From positions 186,001-250,000 of the forward strand of contig CBFFSA010000001.1 of NCBI GenBank assembly GCA_965644495.1: a stretch of DNA of 64,000 nucleotides, given 5' to 3'. Both the position numbers and the translations under genes were made by a program. Below the pieces are notes generated by a model. It was not told where the DNA came from. It worked only from the letters and a program-made list of their open reading frames with translations, and made no database searches. Positions 11,601 through 21,331 of this stretch are shown piece after piece. Every line of letters starts with the position of its first letter. Positions within the stretch are counted from its first letter, which is position 1. The DNA comes from Perkinsela sp. CCAP 1560/9. Its lineage: Eukaryota; Protista; Euglenozoa: Kinetoplastea.

Positions 11601-11798
11601 TCGGTTTTACTGAAATTCGCTGATTTACCAACTCTGAAACCTAATAACATTGGTATTCATGTCAGCATACGGTTACATCCAGAGGACGAAAATGTTTCGA
11701 CTGAACTATTCCGCTTTTGGATGAAAAAGAGATACAAGCTGTGTAATAGAGAACCTAAAGCGATATCGAAACGCAGGGCAACTTCGAATAAGAAATAA
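8643..11798 (+). CDS. RAD2: XPG/Rad2 nucleotide excision repair endonuclease
   Basis: XPG-N domain (MGIHCLW...AIDASIW, FVFDG), long acidic spacer, XPG-I domain (EADAQCA, SDDSDVFLFGA, GGDYFEGVKGIG). Confidence 0.93.
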   Translation: MGIHCLWSILEPAGVPVPLEELRGMRVAIDASIWAYKVSSYTRIREDDPELGTATPSGLHVERFVRRILKLLYYGIRPIFVFDGAAPALKADVLRNRRAARDRTDDDITHAAQKLFLAQVARKAVKRVKSEIKQEVIQDTEKVAVREIEDASKKGEELMSIATLRSVASLRHQYNKAGYEISPTKSEFGDTNNESSHCALSASMDDEDKESVLRSAYKTPNWNREDYYKKSLRNSEDPNSFSGIQLSSYIKKVQYCETLRESKEQEQDEYCRKNAPQDMGRGKEVCNEDEKGNLDWISRKTLGSVRSQAKTFYYLGPATSRASKTITRDPEIYSTNQLMNTENVPHTSDNNANITVSSCKTSLTKLHADLPLDLHSASEFLTQDITSEEARERKPSFTDSCEGTLSDCSSTTVVGEESVDKVILGSCVSTAEKETKSICSAGLADSPTKSLTISQSNVDALNEHDLKRAIPRNGEQRALLSKDLCSDSDDDSECYELIDQSENRVSGTMTAIDFLLETHDDKDDISLGDINKSKGEALSMSILDSDTMAMNQKLDTKSTKQESPSLPAIDVAVLSSSDKKFSAQPPDRLQLENILQEAEMRAKNEYEALKQENVSVPLHAQIRSILLDLRNLLVLFGIPYVESPSEADAQCAVLNSEGVVDAVVSDDSDVFLFGAKCVIRRFFDHSYVRPHVFHVDKIKRDLCLDRSDFLVLGILLGGDYFEGVKGIGPSSAVRVLSAFCPSFITANDCNASVDRACACLSRFWKFHVHTDKEGEKSVSFGRNMTSRSTENVEESLRSDEKDNIEHSLNQVSYGDAMAVLQDDVYKKTRSCMRDFFRFWMIFFKKHHGKAGESFAFSKDEMVASFPPVVVLNAYAKPNVHRNMRDFIWNPPDWESVNSCLREKCSDRYEILKTLLGKAAETYGRSFFIRTEDNTMNELKARTLLTHKRKTAINSLSTWWNKITTVLEKPLSSDIGPRDLTQEINIGSVLLKFADLPTLKPNNIGIHVSIRLHPEDENVSTELFRFWMKKRYKLCNREPKAISKRRATSNKK

Positions 11799-13214
11799 CT
11801 CTTCCATATCTTCCGTATTTCCTAGAAAGCGCACAAAAAGAAAGCAGTAGTATGTACTAGTATGCAACATACTAGCCCGCTTTTATACTTTATCGTTCTA
11901 TTATAGAACGATAAAGAATTATGAAAAGGGGAGTATTTTCGTGGTGCCTCTGATGACTCGCTGTGCATCTCAGCTTTTTATTCTTAACACCCGCAACCTT
12001 GTGATGGTTCCTCATCATCAGCAGTTATCATCCCTCAGCAGCAGTTCTCGAGCAGCAGTTATCATTCCTCTCTCAGTTATCTCCACTCCCCTCTAAAAGA
12101 AGAGCTCCACGTCGACCGTGATAATACTCGCAAATGTCCTCCATACTGTACTATGCCCATGCAAAATAGTTGTCGCGTCTGTTTCGATCAAACGTTTGCC
12201 AAATAGAAGTGCCCCAATACCTGAGAAAAAAATCCTTACATTCCAAAGAAGTAGTATCTCATAGTACATGCAATAATACGGACTAGTCGATTACTAGTAT
12301 TTTAGTACGTACTAAAATACTAGTTACAGTGGTGGGCAACGATATCTACCCCCCCCTACAGGTTTTGTATTTTGGCCGATTTTGGAAATATTTGGTATAC
12401 CACCATTTTTCGACCCAATCGTTACGAATCCGAGGTCCGTTTCACTCGAGCGACCCCCTACCCCCCTTGTCCAGGTAGAGGCCAAAATGTAGGCGAACAC
12501 GATTTTCGAGGCAAATTTTTGGATAATTTTTGTAAAATAGTTTGAAATCCAGATAAGAAGCATGTAAGCAGGCAGAAAGCTCATGATTAGTGCTCAGTTA
12601 AGTGTCCCCTTGCCTTCACGCCCGCCAAAAATTCTTGGGATGGCTGCACAAAACGTTTTCAGGCAATTCTGGTTCATATTTAAAATTATTAAGGATAATG
12701 GGGGGATTGTGAAAAAAAATGGACAAAATATTAAGAAAATTATTTATCGATAATGATAGCGCTTCTAATATTTTACAAAAGCTGTGCACATCTTACGACG
12801 TACGTGTTGTACAGGAAGACACGCGGGACGAGATAGTTCCGTCGTGTAAAAGCGAAGAAGCGCGAAAAATGACGCAATATAGGGGTGTTCTGTAAAACTC
12901 ATGGTTTTTTGCACATTTTTTTGAGGTTACAACATGAACCAGCTTTCAACGAGTGAAAAGGACACACACTGGATTCAATTTGTAGTAATTTACTACAAAT
13001 TGATACACATTGCTACATTTTTATCTCAATACATTTACATTTTTCTTTTTAAGAAATTTTCTTTTTTTTGCTTCTAACTTAAAAAAAATGCTTTTTAAGA
13101 GTATAAATATCCCCAGCCGCACCCACCCGCACCCAGTGCATCTTCAACGGGAAAGACTTAGCGAAATTTGGGAGATCCAGAAGGAACACGTTCGGGGTAC
13201 TACTCCCCGAGAGG

Positions 13215-14796
13215 GATGACTTTTTTTCAGTCAATTTGTACGAGTGCTTCACCATACGCGTTTTTTTTGCAGAATGCAACCCAAAATGAGCTGCATTTTC
13301 AGAGGAAAGAGGTCGGTGCTTAAATCGGGCGTGTACGCGATTCGATCGTGTGAGGAAACCCTTAGTGGGATTTATTTCATGTGCAATTTCATAGGCCGCC
13401 ACAGCCATAGAGGCCCCCAAGAGTTCTGCGTTTTTGACGGCGATTTCCGGGGTGTCTACTATGGGATATAAACCCTGTTCCGGGTTATTGTGCCCCCCCC
13501 TGCACAATAACTGGCTCTAGGCATAATAACTGGCTCTAGGCACAATAACTAAATATTGGAAAACCAAAAAAAGGGTTAAAAAAAATTGGCGCCGCTTCGC
13601 GGCGCCTTTTTTATGGACAAGCACGTTCATGTGCAGAATAAGTTCTATTTAAGGGATGCGTTGTTGAACAAACTACGTTATTTTCGAGAAAATGGGAATA
13701 AAAAACAACCAAAAAATTACGGCACCGACTGGCGGCGCCATATTTTGGAGTGGGGGGCACAATAACAGTGGTTGTTTCCACTTATTGTGCCCCCCCTGCA
13801 CAATAAGTAGCTCTAGGCACAATAACCCGGAACAGGGTTTAGTAGTCTTCGGCATGTATCGTATACCTTATTTTCGACGGCTTTCCATTGGTCGTCGTTA
13901 AGCTTTAGACACATTTTCCCTCCTGCTATGGATTTGTGTTGTTCAAGCAGACGAAGGCGTTGGTTTTCGTTTGTTTCATCCCACGATGGAACTCGATCTT
14001 CCGCAGTGTGCGAAACAGGGGGGAGAGGAGAAGGTCGGACGAGGGGTTCATTGCACCTGAGCGGTCCATATATTTTGCAACAGTTATGCAGACAGCATAA
14101 CTTGGCGGAGCATCGGTGACGGCATGGTTCTACTCGTGCGGTGTTCAGTGAGTGAAGTGTTGCATTTTTAGGAGTTGCGCCAGAGGGTGGCACATAACTA
14201 GCGCTATCTTTGTTGTCACCATTCGTCGCACCCACAATTGGCGCAGTATGTTGGCCCCCGTTTGTTGGCCCGTTTTCGCTAGGAGTCGCGCCAGAGGGTG
14301 ACACATACTTAGCGCTATCTTTGTTATCACCATTCGTCGTATCCACAATTGGCGCAGTATGTTGGCCCCCGTTTGTTGGCCCGTTTTCGCTAGCACTACT
14401 GGCAGGAATACGGTAAAAAATTATGACATTGCTCACGGCCCAGCCAGCCAAATTGGCAGCCTTTCGTAGAAAGTCACTGTCGTTGTCGTTGAGGTTTGGT
14501 GTTGTGGAATTCTTGTTGGTGTCGGTCCCATTTATTTCGGTTCCCTCGGAAGATGGGGCCGCTGGGATTGTACCAGGTAGGGGTTGTGTTGACGGCCTCG
14601 GACCGCGTCCTAGAGTTGTGTAGACACTCTCCAGTGATATTATGTTACATGGTTCGGTTTGTGGGTTTTCGTTTGTAGAAGTCGCGGAGACTGGAATGTC
14701 CACATGCGAAGATTGAATACCTCTTTTACAACAGAGGTGTCCGCACGTACTTTTGCTCTTGCACGAGTGACGGCATGGATGCAAGACGTTATTCAC
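13215..14796 (-). pseudogene. N-terminal fragment of a HERO-like retrotransposon ORF (two Mer3-type zinc fingers), interrupted by a MITE
   Basis: PCRHSCKSKSTCGHLCCKRG and PCRHRCSAKLCCLHNCCK motifs. After removing 13471-13839 and one TA the frame reads DTCRRLLYPIVDTPEIAVKNAELLGASMAVAAYEIAHEINPTKGF, which aligns with ERCEKYLKPAATPTEALRHADLLTACIAVSAYEIAREADPTKGF in ORF 44412-49253. Includes a 111-bp direct duplication at about 14171-14392. Confidence 0.85.
13471..13839. mobile_element. MITE with 24-bp perfect TIRs and TA TSD
   Basis: TA|AACCCTGTTCCGGGTTATTGTGCC...GGCACAATAACCCGGAACAGGGTT|TA. Internal GCACAATAAC repeats. Excision restores the host reading frame. Confidence 0.93.
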
Positions 14797-15566
14797 CCCA
14801 TGATAAGTTTACAAGGTGCGCAAAGTCTATTTACTGAGATCTGCAAAGAATTAGACCACAAGAATTAGCTCAAACGGACTTAACCTACTGATTTTAGAGG
14901 GGTGCCTTATCGTGTCGAGGGATTTATAAGTCACATCATACTACGGCAAAAGATGTAGTAATGTTCAATTCAAATGTAGTAATTTACTACACCAATTACT
15001 ACAAATTGAATCCAGGGTGTGAAAGGACCTCGGATTCGGAACGATTGGGTCGAAAAACGGTGGCACACCAAATATGTCCAAAATCGGAGAAAATACAAGA
15101 TCTGTAGGGGGGTACATGTCGTTGCCCACCACTGTAGACTATGTCTTTAGTAGTAGTAAGTAACCGTAAGTACCTTGTCACACAAATGATCAAGTTTGTG
15201 TGAAGGAATCATGACCCCCTTACGACTTGTCGAAACATGTCACAATTGGTTGTCAAATTTGATATGCGGTGTCATGTACTAGTTGTATACTAGTTGTAAC
15301 TTTACGCAGCAAAATCAGTTTGACGTGCAATGTTGATATCATAAGAACTCACACAAGGGCTAGCTCACAGTTGGGCCTTGCTCCCAAACGGGGGCTAAGC
15401 TCACAGTTGGGTTTAGCCTCCAGACACGTAAATTAGGCGTCGTAGGATAGAAAATAACACGCGTACTCATATAGAGACCTGAATGTTTTTGGACGAAATT
15501 TTTTGGGGGGTGGAATGTTTTTCGATTTTTGTCGTCTTCTTTTTTCGAAAAAGCACCTCTAAACCC

Positions 15567-15656
15567 TTCGATGAATGATTCATCGAAGGTGCCGCACTTT
15601 CGATGAACGGTCATTGAAGGTGCCGCACTTTCGATGAATATTTATCGAAGGTGCTA
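15567..15656. repeat. About 3 copies of a ~32-bp tandem repeat with a palindromic core
   Basis: TTCGATGAA...TTCATCGAAGGTGCCGCACT units. Confidence 0.75.
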
Positions 15657-15890
15657 CATAGCCAAAAAATGTGTTCGGAGTTAAAACGTATGAACAAGTT
15701 GTTGGAGAACGGGGGTGAAATGTAAGCTTTGCGTTATTAATTTGAATTGTGTATATAGTTGGAATTACGAATTATCCAACCTTATATTTATGTGTAGTAT
15801 AATTAGTATAATTATTTCTTGTTTTGTTTATCCGCGATAAAAATTGTAAGTAGTTATGAAAAGGATCGCATCAACATGTAATATATTCGC

Positions 15891-15961
15891 GTGATGACGC
15901 AACCTAGTTCCGTTATTGATAAATGCATGATACGAAAACAACACTTACCGAAGGAGACTAA
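15891..15961 (+). ncRNA. Box C/D snoRNA copy 1 (degenerate D box)
   Basis: GTGATGA C box; D box reads CTAA; paralogous to the three copies downstream. Confidence 0.6.
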
Positions 15962-16059
15962 AAAACCCTCTTTTCTTTAGATTTAGTAATTTGTTTCATC
16001 AAAAAATAATTTGTATTCACATAGCGTCAACAACATGTGATACAATTGTGAATACTCGC

Positions 16060-16133
16060 ATGATGACGCAACCTAGTTCCGCTATTGATAAATGCATGAT
16101 ACGAAAACAAATATGCTTACCGAAAGAGACTGA
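16060..16133 (+). ncRNA. Box C/D snoRNA copy 2
   Basis: ATGATGA (C), TTGA (D'), ATGATA (C'), CTGA (D). Guides TGCTTACCGAAAGAGA and CGCAACCTAGTTCCGCT are complementary to a sequence resembling the conserved LSU rRNA GGUAAGC(A/G)GAACU region. Confidence 0.8.
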
Positions 16134-16243
16134 AAAACTCCTGTACCTGTTCTTTAAATTCATTCATTTACTTCATCAAAAAAGAGTTTGCTCAAAATGC
16201 TCACATCGCATCAAGATCATGTGATTTACCTGTATATACTTGC

Positions 16244-16317
16244 ATGATGATGCAACCTAGTTCCGCTTTTGATAGATTCATGATACGAAAACAAATATGC
16301 TTACCGAAAGAGACTGA
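16244..16317 (+). ncRNA. Box C/D snoRNA copy 3
   Basis: Same boxes and guides; tandem unit of about 170-185 bp. Confidence 0.8.
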
Positions 16318-16404
16318 AAAACTCCTGTACCTGTTCTTTAAATTTATTCATTTGCTTCATCAAAAAAGATTTTGTTCAAATTACTCACATCGCATCAAGA
16401 TCAT

Positions 16405-16664
16405 ATCCAAATCATTCCAGATTGCTCAGGACGGTCACTGGCAAGACAGGCCCTTCACAGACAGATTTGGAAGTTCCGAGGCCGGCATCCTCTACCAGTT
16501 TCCGCTTGTCCAAGTCGGCACCAACGTGCTGTTACCACCCACGTGCTACCACCAACATGCTGTCGCTGCGTCGACGATTTGTACTTCAACACGGCTTATC
16601 CACCTGTAATCCGGATAAGGGAGCTGGTTCCCTGAGGGGAGGGTCCGGGACGGTCCTCCGAGTA
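16405..16664 (-). mobile_element. GC-rich insertion of about 260 bp flanked by a ~47-bp duplication, probably a 5'-truncated retroelement
   Basis: CATCAAAAAAGA...CAAATTACTCACATCGCATCAAGATCAT occurs on both sides (about 16358-16404 and 16665-16711). The other repeat units lack the insert. Strand is inferred from a LINE-like C-terminal peptide (RKLVEDAGLGTSKSVCEGPVLPVTVLSNLE*). Confidence 0.6.
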
Positions 16665-16761
16665 CATCAAAAAAGAGTTCGCTCAAATTACTCACATCGC
16701 ATCAAGATCATGTAATATACTACTGATCATGTGATATACTAGTACCTGTATATGTACTTGC

Positions 16762-16835
16762 ATGATGATGCAACCTAGTTCCGCTTTTGATAGATGCATG
16801 ATACGAAAACGAATATGCTTACCGAAAGAGACTGA
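16762..16835 (+). ncRNA. Box C/D snoRNA copy 4
   Basis: Same boxes and guides. Confidence 0.8.
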
Positions 16836-16982
16836 AAAACTACTATACCTGTTCTTTAGATTTATTCTTTTGCTGTGTGAAAGGAGTTTAGATAAGAAAA
16901 ATAGTCATACTAACTATACTATGATTGTACTAACCACTCTATATTCTTAGGTTTCAGACGAATTTTTCTACTTCAAAAGCTA

Positions 16983-18527
16983 ATGCTGTGCCACCTTACC
17001 GGGGCTCTTGCGACCGAACCCGTCGCATCCAAGACAACGGGTCATATCTATGACCGTAAAAATTTGGAAAATTATTTGTCTACAAAGGGCACTTGTCCCG
17101 TGACAGGCCAAGCCATGTCCGCTAATGATGTACTATCTCTTCACCTAAGTTCGTCGCCCTACACGCCTGTTTCTACTCAGGGATCCATACCAGATCTCCT
17201 TTCCGCTTTAAGTCGTGAGTGGGATTTATTTCTTGTTGATCATCATCATATACGTCAAGAGCTCGACAATTGCAAAATCGAGCTCTGTAAGACCAAACAT
17301 CAACTCGAAGCTTCCCTTCGAGTCATTACTCGGCTGTCTGAAGGGCAGATAGAGGGCGAGATAGCCACAGGACTATCCACGTTGGACCAGTCAAAGGCGA
17401 GCTCTGAAACTACACGAAATGTGGAGGAACTCAATACCTTTGTTCGAAATATTGATGAACGTTTCTCGACTCTTTCTGCAGCGCGTAGAACTCGGCCAAT
17501 ACGAAAGCCGGCTTTGTCGCTGCTAAGAAATTTTTCCAATGTCACCAAGGTAAAAGTCGGTGAGGCAGCCATTGCTGCTGTATTACCCATTGGTTCTGAT
17601 GGCGTGTTTTCCGGTTCTTGTGATGGAATAATTACTGTATCTTACGTCAATGAAAAGGAAGAACTCATTCAAAAAACTCAATTCTCTAGCTTGGTGACCT
17701 CGCTAAATTGTGTCGCACATTACCCAATCCCGGGATCCGATACTTTTGCTACCGCCGGCTCGGGAGGGCCAGTGTGTCTCTGGGACCTTTCTGTAATGAG
17801 GGCTGATAACAAAATGGACCCTGTTAGGCAGTTCACCATTAGTAAAGAGCCGGTAACAGGTCTTGTGCTATGCCCGAGTGCCCACGGTTATGGAACGGTT
17901 GTCTTGACAGGTGATGCAACAGGCTTTGTGGCCGCGACACAGATTGAAACTCAAGAAACATTTATTCGTTTTCCAGTAGTAGAAAATCCATCCAAGGTTA
18001 GTTTGTGTGCTCATCCAGATGGCGTTGTTCTTGGCGTTGTGCCAGACTCTCCCGTCGCGCAACTCTATGATCTTCGACTTTTAGGCAAGGGGGGTTCAAA
18101 AAATGCGTTAATAGGCAAACTTGGGAATGATTCGAGCGCGTCGAATCTTGCTGCTTTGACGTTTTCACAGAACGGATACCAAGCAGCAACTGCAGCTCGA
18201 TCTGGTGATGTTATGCTGTGGGATTTACGAAGAACCCCAACAAGTGTGACGTGTAATACTACAGTACCTAGTGTTCCTTCTTCTCTTTCTTTTGACAGCA
18301 GTGGGCTCTTTTTGGCCATAGGAACAGAGGAGCAAAGTTATCTTGTCGCCGCGAAAACCATGGAAGAAAATATACTTTTATCTGATTCGAATGGCACAAC
18401 CACCCTTCGCTTTTCAGACGCTGAAGATATGATATCCAAAGTGGGCAACAATCATACAAAATTAAAGCTATACAGTGGTAGTAAAAACGGTTCTGTTCGG
18501 GTTCATTCTCTATTACCTGTTCATTGA
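16983..18527 (+). CDS. PRP19: Pre-mRNA processing factor 19 (U-box, coiled coil, WD40)
   Basis: MLCHLTG...EPVASKTTGHIYDR...CPVTGQ U-box; SIPDLLSALSREWD; EASLRVITRL; WD repeats (HPDG, FSQNGY). Confidence 0.93.
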   Translation: MLCHLTGALATEPVASKTTGHIYDRKNLENYLSTKGTCPVTGQAMSANDVLSLHLSSSPYTPVSTQGSIPDLLSALSREWDLFLVDHHHIRQELDNCKIELCKTKHQLEASLRVITRLSEGQIEGEIATGLSTLDQSKASSETTRNVEELNTFVRNIDERFSTLSAARRTRPIRKPALSLLRNFSNVTKVKVGEAAIAAVLPIGSDGVFSGSCDGIITVSYVNEKEELIQKTQFSSLVTSLNCVAHYPIPGSDTFATAGSGGPVCLWDLSVMRADNKMDPVRQFTISKEPVTGLVLCPSAHGYGTVVLTGDATGFVAATQIETQETFIRFPVVENPSKVSLCAHPDGVVLGVVPDSPVAQLYDLRLLGKGGSKNALIGKLGNDSSASNLAALTFSQNGYQAATAARSGDVMLWDLRRTPTSVTCNTTVPSVPSSLSFDSSGLFLAIGTEEQSYLVAAKTMEENILLSDSNGTTTLRFSDAEDMISKVGNNHTKLKLYSGSKNGSVRVHSLLPVH

Positions 18528-18923
18528 TTATCAACTCTTTGAAGCGAAAAGGATTACGCTGCGTAATTTACGCATTGAATCAGAACGATTCGATTTTCTT
18601 TAGTAATGCCTCGCACACTACGTAGAATAAACTGAACTGAAAAGAAGTCTTGGGCCTGCTTTTCTTTGTGTTCGAGATTCGGAGTACGTTTAGCAGAACA
18701 CACGTATGTTGTAGGAACATACCATATTCGTCATACTGTATGGAAATACAGAGAGAAGTATGAGGATGCCTGATATTTTTTGCCAAATTTACAGTCCTGA
18801 GATCCAGGGTAATTCTGCTTTTGCTTACCTTGTATTCACCATTAATGTAATTTATGAGTTTGCGCTGATATAAGAAAGGTTGTCTTTTTTGAGGGTGACT
18901 TTTATTTCGTTTCTTTATAGTGA

Positions 18924-20471
18924 ATGGAGGGGTATGTTGCACTCTGTGGATCGTCTCGTCAGATTCTCGTTCGGGCATGTAGGCACTGGTTGCTACGAAC
19001 TCTACCTTTGAACATACTGAAACACGTATGCTATCGCTTGCTTGCAGCACTCTGCAACCGCCTGTTTCCAGGAATTCTCTTTTCACACCTAATTAGAACA
19101 TTGTGTCCGAGAGGGACACTTGCGCATCCATTGCTGAAATTGTTTACGCCTTACTACGGACTCGCAAGCCTGTTGCTTTGTTCTTCGAGCTACGCATTAT
19201 TTCGTTTCCTTCAGCCCTGGCTGTGTGAATACCTTTCGAATGCTGTTCCGCATCACAGAGGTATGGGAATTCGTATTCGTACATTTCCTCCTCTTCTGCC
19301 GTTACTCACCTCAACGGATTTACCACCCTCGACATCTAGCGGTTCGATCTCCGCGCGTGCTGTGATCGGTCTTCCCACATTTCTTCATCTGTTCTCGTAC
19401 TTAGATGACAACTACCGCTACTGGTTTGAGTCCTGTGTTTGTAACTGGAGGTGGGTAACCCAATTTCTGCCAGGTCGAGCTCCCAGTGAGACGGAATCCG
19501 CACTCCGTCAGTACCACGCCTCCCTCACTCCACAACAAATTGTTTCCGTAGAAATAGCCTCCGAGGCCCCACAACTCGCCGCACAGCACGTCATGCTCCT
19601 CTTCCACTCCCTTTACTACCGCGTCCCGTTCGCCATCTGCCTCTCCACAATCTCCATCATGTACGCGGAGGCCCATGTCTACTACCTCGCCCTCTCTCTT
19701 GGCGCCCAGTGGGCCCAGCGTACCCTGAACGCCTCCCCTCCCCCCACGGGGTCGTTCCCCCCCACCTTTGTGTACGACCGCGCCCACGAGATCGCCTACT
19801 TAGGTTACCACGCGGCCTACATGCTCTGGACCATTCTGCTACGCCTCCCTGCCCTCCAACAGCTGTCGTTTCTCCAGTACCGCGTGATCCCCCACGCGTT
19901 GCGTGAGCAGGAGGAATTCATGGCCGCGCTCCATCGGCTCAACACCGAGGAGATGACCCAAGTCCGGGAGGGGTTACGGAATTTCGTAGCCCTCCACGCC
20001 CAGGCCTCCGAGGACGAACCCCTTCCCGTGCCCGTGCTCTTCGGTACGGAGGACACGATTTCGAAACGAAAGGCACGGCGTATTCTCCAGCTTCTGGAGG
20101 ATTATCAACTTCGTGTGCACCGACGAAACACACTGTTCCGGATGTGTGCGAAGGGACACGAGGTGGGGCGCAGAGAGGAGGCCGAGCTCAAGGTTGCGGA
20201 TCGCGGATGTTCCGTATGCCTGTCGCCGTTTCGGGAAGGGGAGCAGGTGTTGACCCTGCGCTGTGGCCACACGTTTCATGACAGTGAGATTATGAAATGG
20301 TTGGAGACGAGTAGGGAGTGTCCGTTGTGTCGTCAACCCGCACAGTTTCCTCTGGTGCAGTGGCTGGAGATGGCAGCCCATGCTGCACTGGCGTTGCCCA
20401 CGGCTCTTCAGATACTGAAGGTAATACGTCCGGACTCGGGGCTTTCTGGTGGAATCCTAAGGTTTATTTAA
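18924..20471 (+). CDS. Membrane-associated RING-H2-type E3 ubiquitin ligase
   Basis: CSVCLSPF...LRCGHTFHDSEIMKWL...CPLCR at the C-terminus, with hydrophobic segments upstream. Confidence 0.8.
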   Translation: MEGYVALCGSSRQILVRACRHWLLRTLPLNILKHVCYRLLAALCNRLFPGILFSHLIRTLCPRGTLAHPLLKLFTPYYGLASLLLCSSSYALFRFLQPWLCEYLSNAVPHHRGMGIRIRTFPPLLPLLTSTDLPPSTSSGSISARAVIGLPTFLHLFSYLDDNYRYWFESCVCNWRWVTQFLPGRAPSETESALRQYHASLTPQQIVSVEIASEAPQLAAQHVMLLFHSLYYRVPFAICLSTISIMYAEAHVYYLALSLGAQWAQRTLNASPPPTGSFPPTFVYDRAHEIAYLGYHAAYMLWTILLRLPALQQLSFLQYRVIPHALREQEEFMAALHRLNTEEMTQVREGLRNFVALHAQASEDEPLPVPVLFGTEDTISKRKARRILQLLEDYQLRVHRRNTLFRMCAKGHEVGRREEAELKVADRGCSVCLSPFREGEQVLTLRCGHTFHDSEIMKWLETSRECPLCRQPAQFPLVQWLEMAAHAALALPTALQILKVIRPDSGLSGGILRFI

Positions 20472-21331
20472 AGTATTGAGGTTGGTGTGTGGTCCGAGTG
20501 GAGCCAGACGTTTGTTTTGCTAGCCGATTTTCTATTGGATATATCATCGATATTATCCTTCGTTAAAATATCGAGGCACAGGGACGAAAACGCTGGGTGC
20601 TCTAAGGGATTCGAAATGAAGCGCGCTGAGAATACTGGACTAAAGAGCTGTCGCGAATTTTTAGGGAGGAAAATTCCCTCGATTTTTTTAAACTGTACGT
20701 AGGTTAAATTGTAGTTTTCGCAATGTCCAACTTAGTCCCTTGTTTTGGTCGGCATTTCTACTCCTTGTCTACAACTACTTCAGGAGGACTACAAGAATAT
20801 ACATTACACCTTTATTTACTCACTTATTTTTCACTAGTCTTGAGAGATTTATGACGAATAACTATCACATCTGGCTGTTGGATGGTCTCGTTCGCGAGAC
20901 TGCCGGCAGCGTCTGACGCATAAAGTGCAGAACGTACACGTAGCTTTCATACTGCAGCGAGAGAAAGGTTTTCAGTTCCTAGATTGGGGGCATCAAAATT
21001 CTTGGAGCTTGGAAATTCCGATGCGTCATGGACAAAGCGCTAAAAACTGAAATAGCGTCACAATCCAGCCTTCTGGGTGTTCTATTTGCGCTTAACCTCC
21101 GACACATCAATATGTTCGCTCAAATACTAAGAGGGTGACTCCTATCCAGGCGCTTCCAGTGAGCTTCTATGGAGTTCGGACTTGGTAATTTGAGGATAAG
21201 CAACGTCAACCTCCCTATGGGGGGGGACATTTGAAGTAGGGTAACTAGCAAGTTGGACACGCATGTGTGGAATGTAAAAAGGGTATACAAGTAGTACAAG
21301 TGTAAGTCTTATTCTGCCCTTTCATCTATTT

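Larger units (their letters stand above)
12327..15134. mobile_element. Tc1/mariner-type TIR element without transposase, carrying retroelement-derived cargo
   Basis: Imperfect TIRs of about 120 bp, TA|CAGTGGTGGGCAACGA...GAATCCGAGGTCC and its reverse complement ending CCCACCACTG|TA. Inverted similarity resumes at about 12965-13000 versus 14960-15020. Confidence 0.85.

Noticed and set aside
15991-16950. Repeated small ORFs (MMMQPSSAFD...)
   Set aside because: Explained by the snoRNA tandem repeat; the ATGATGA is the C box.
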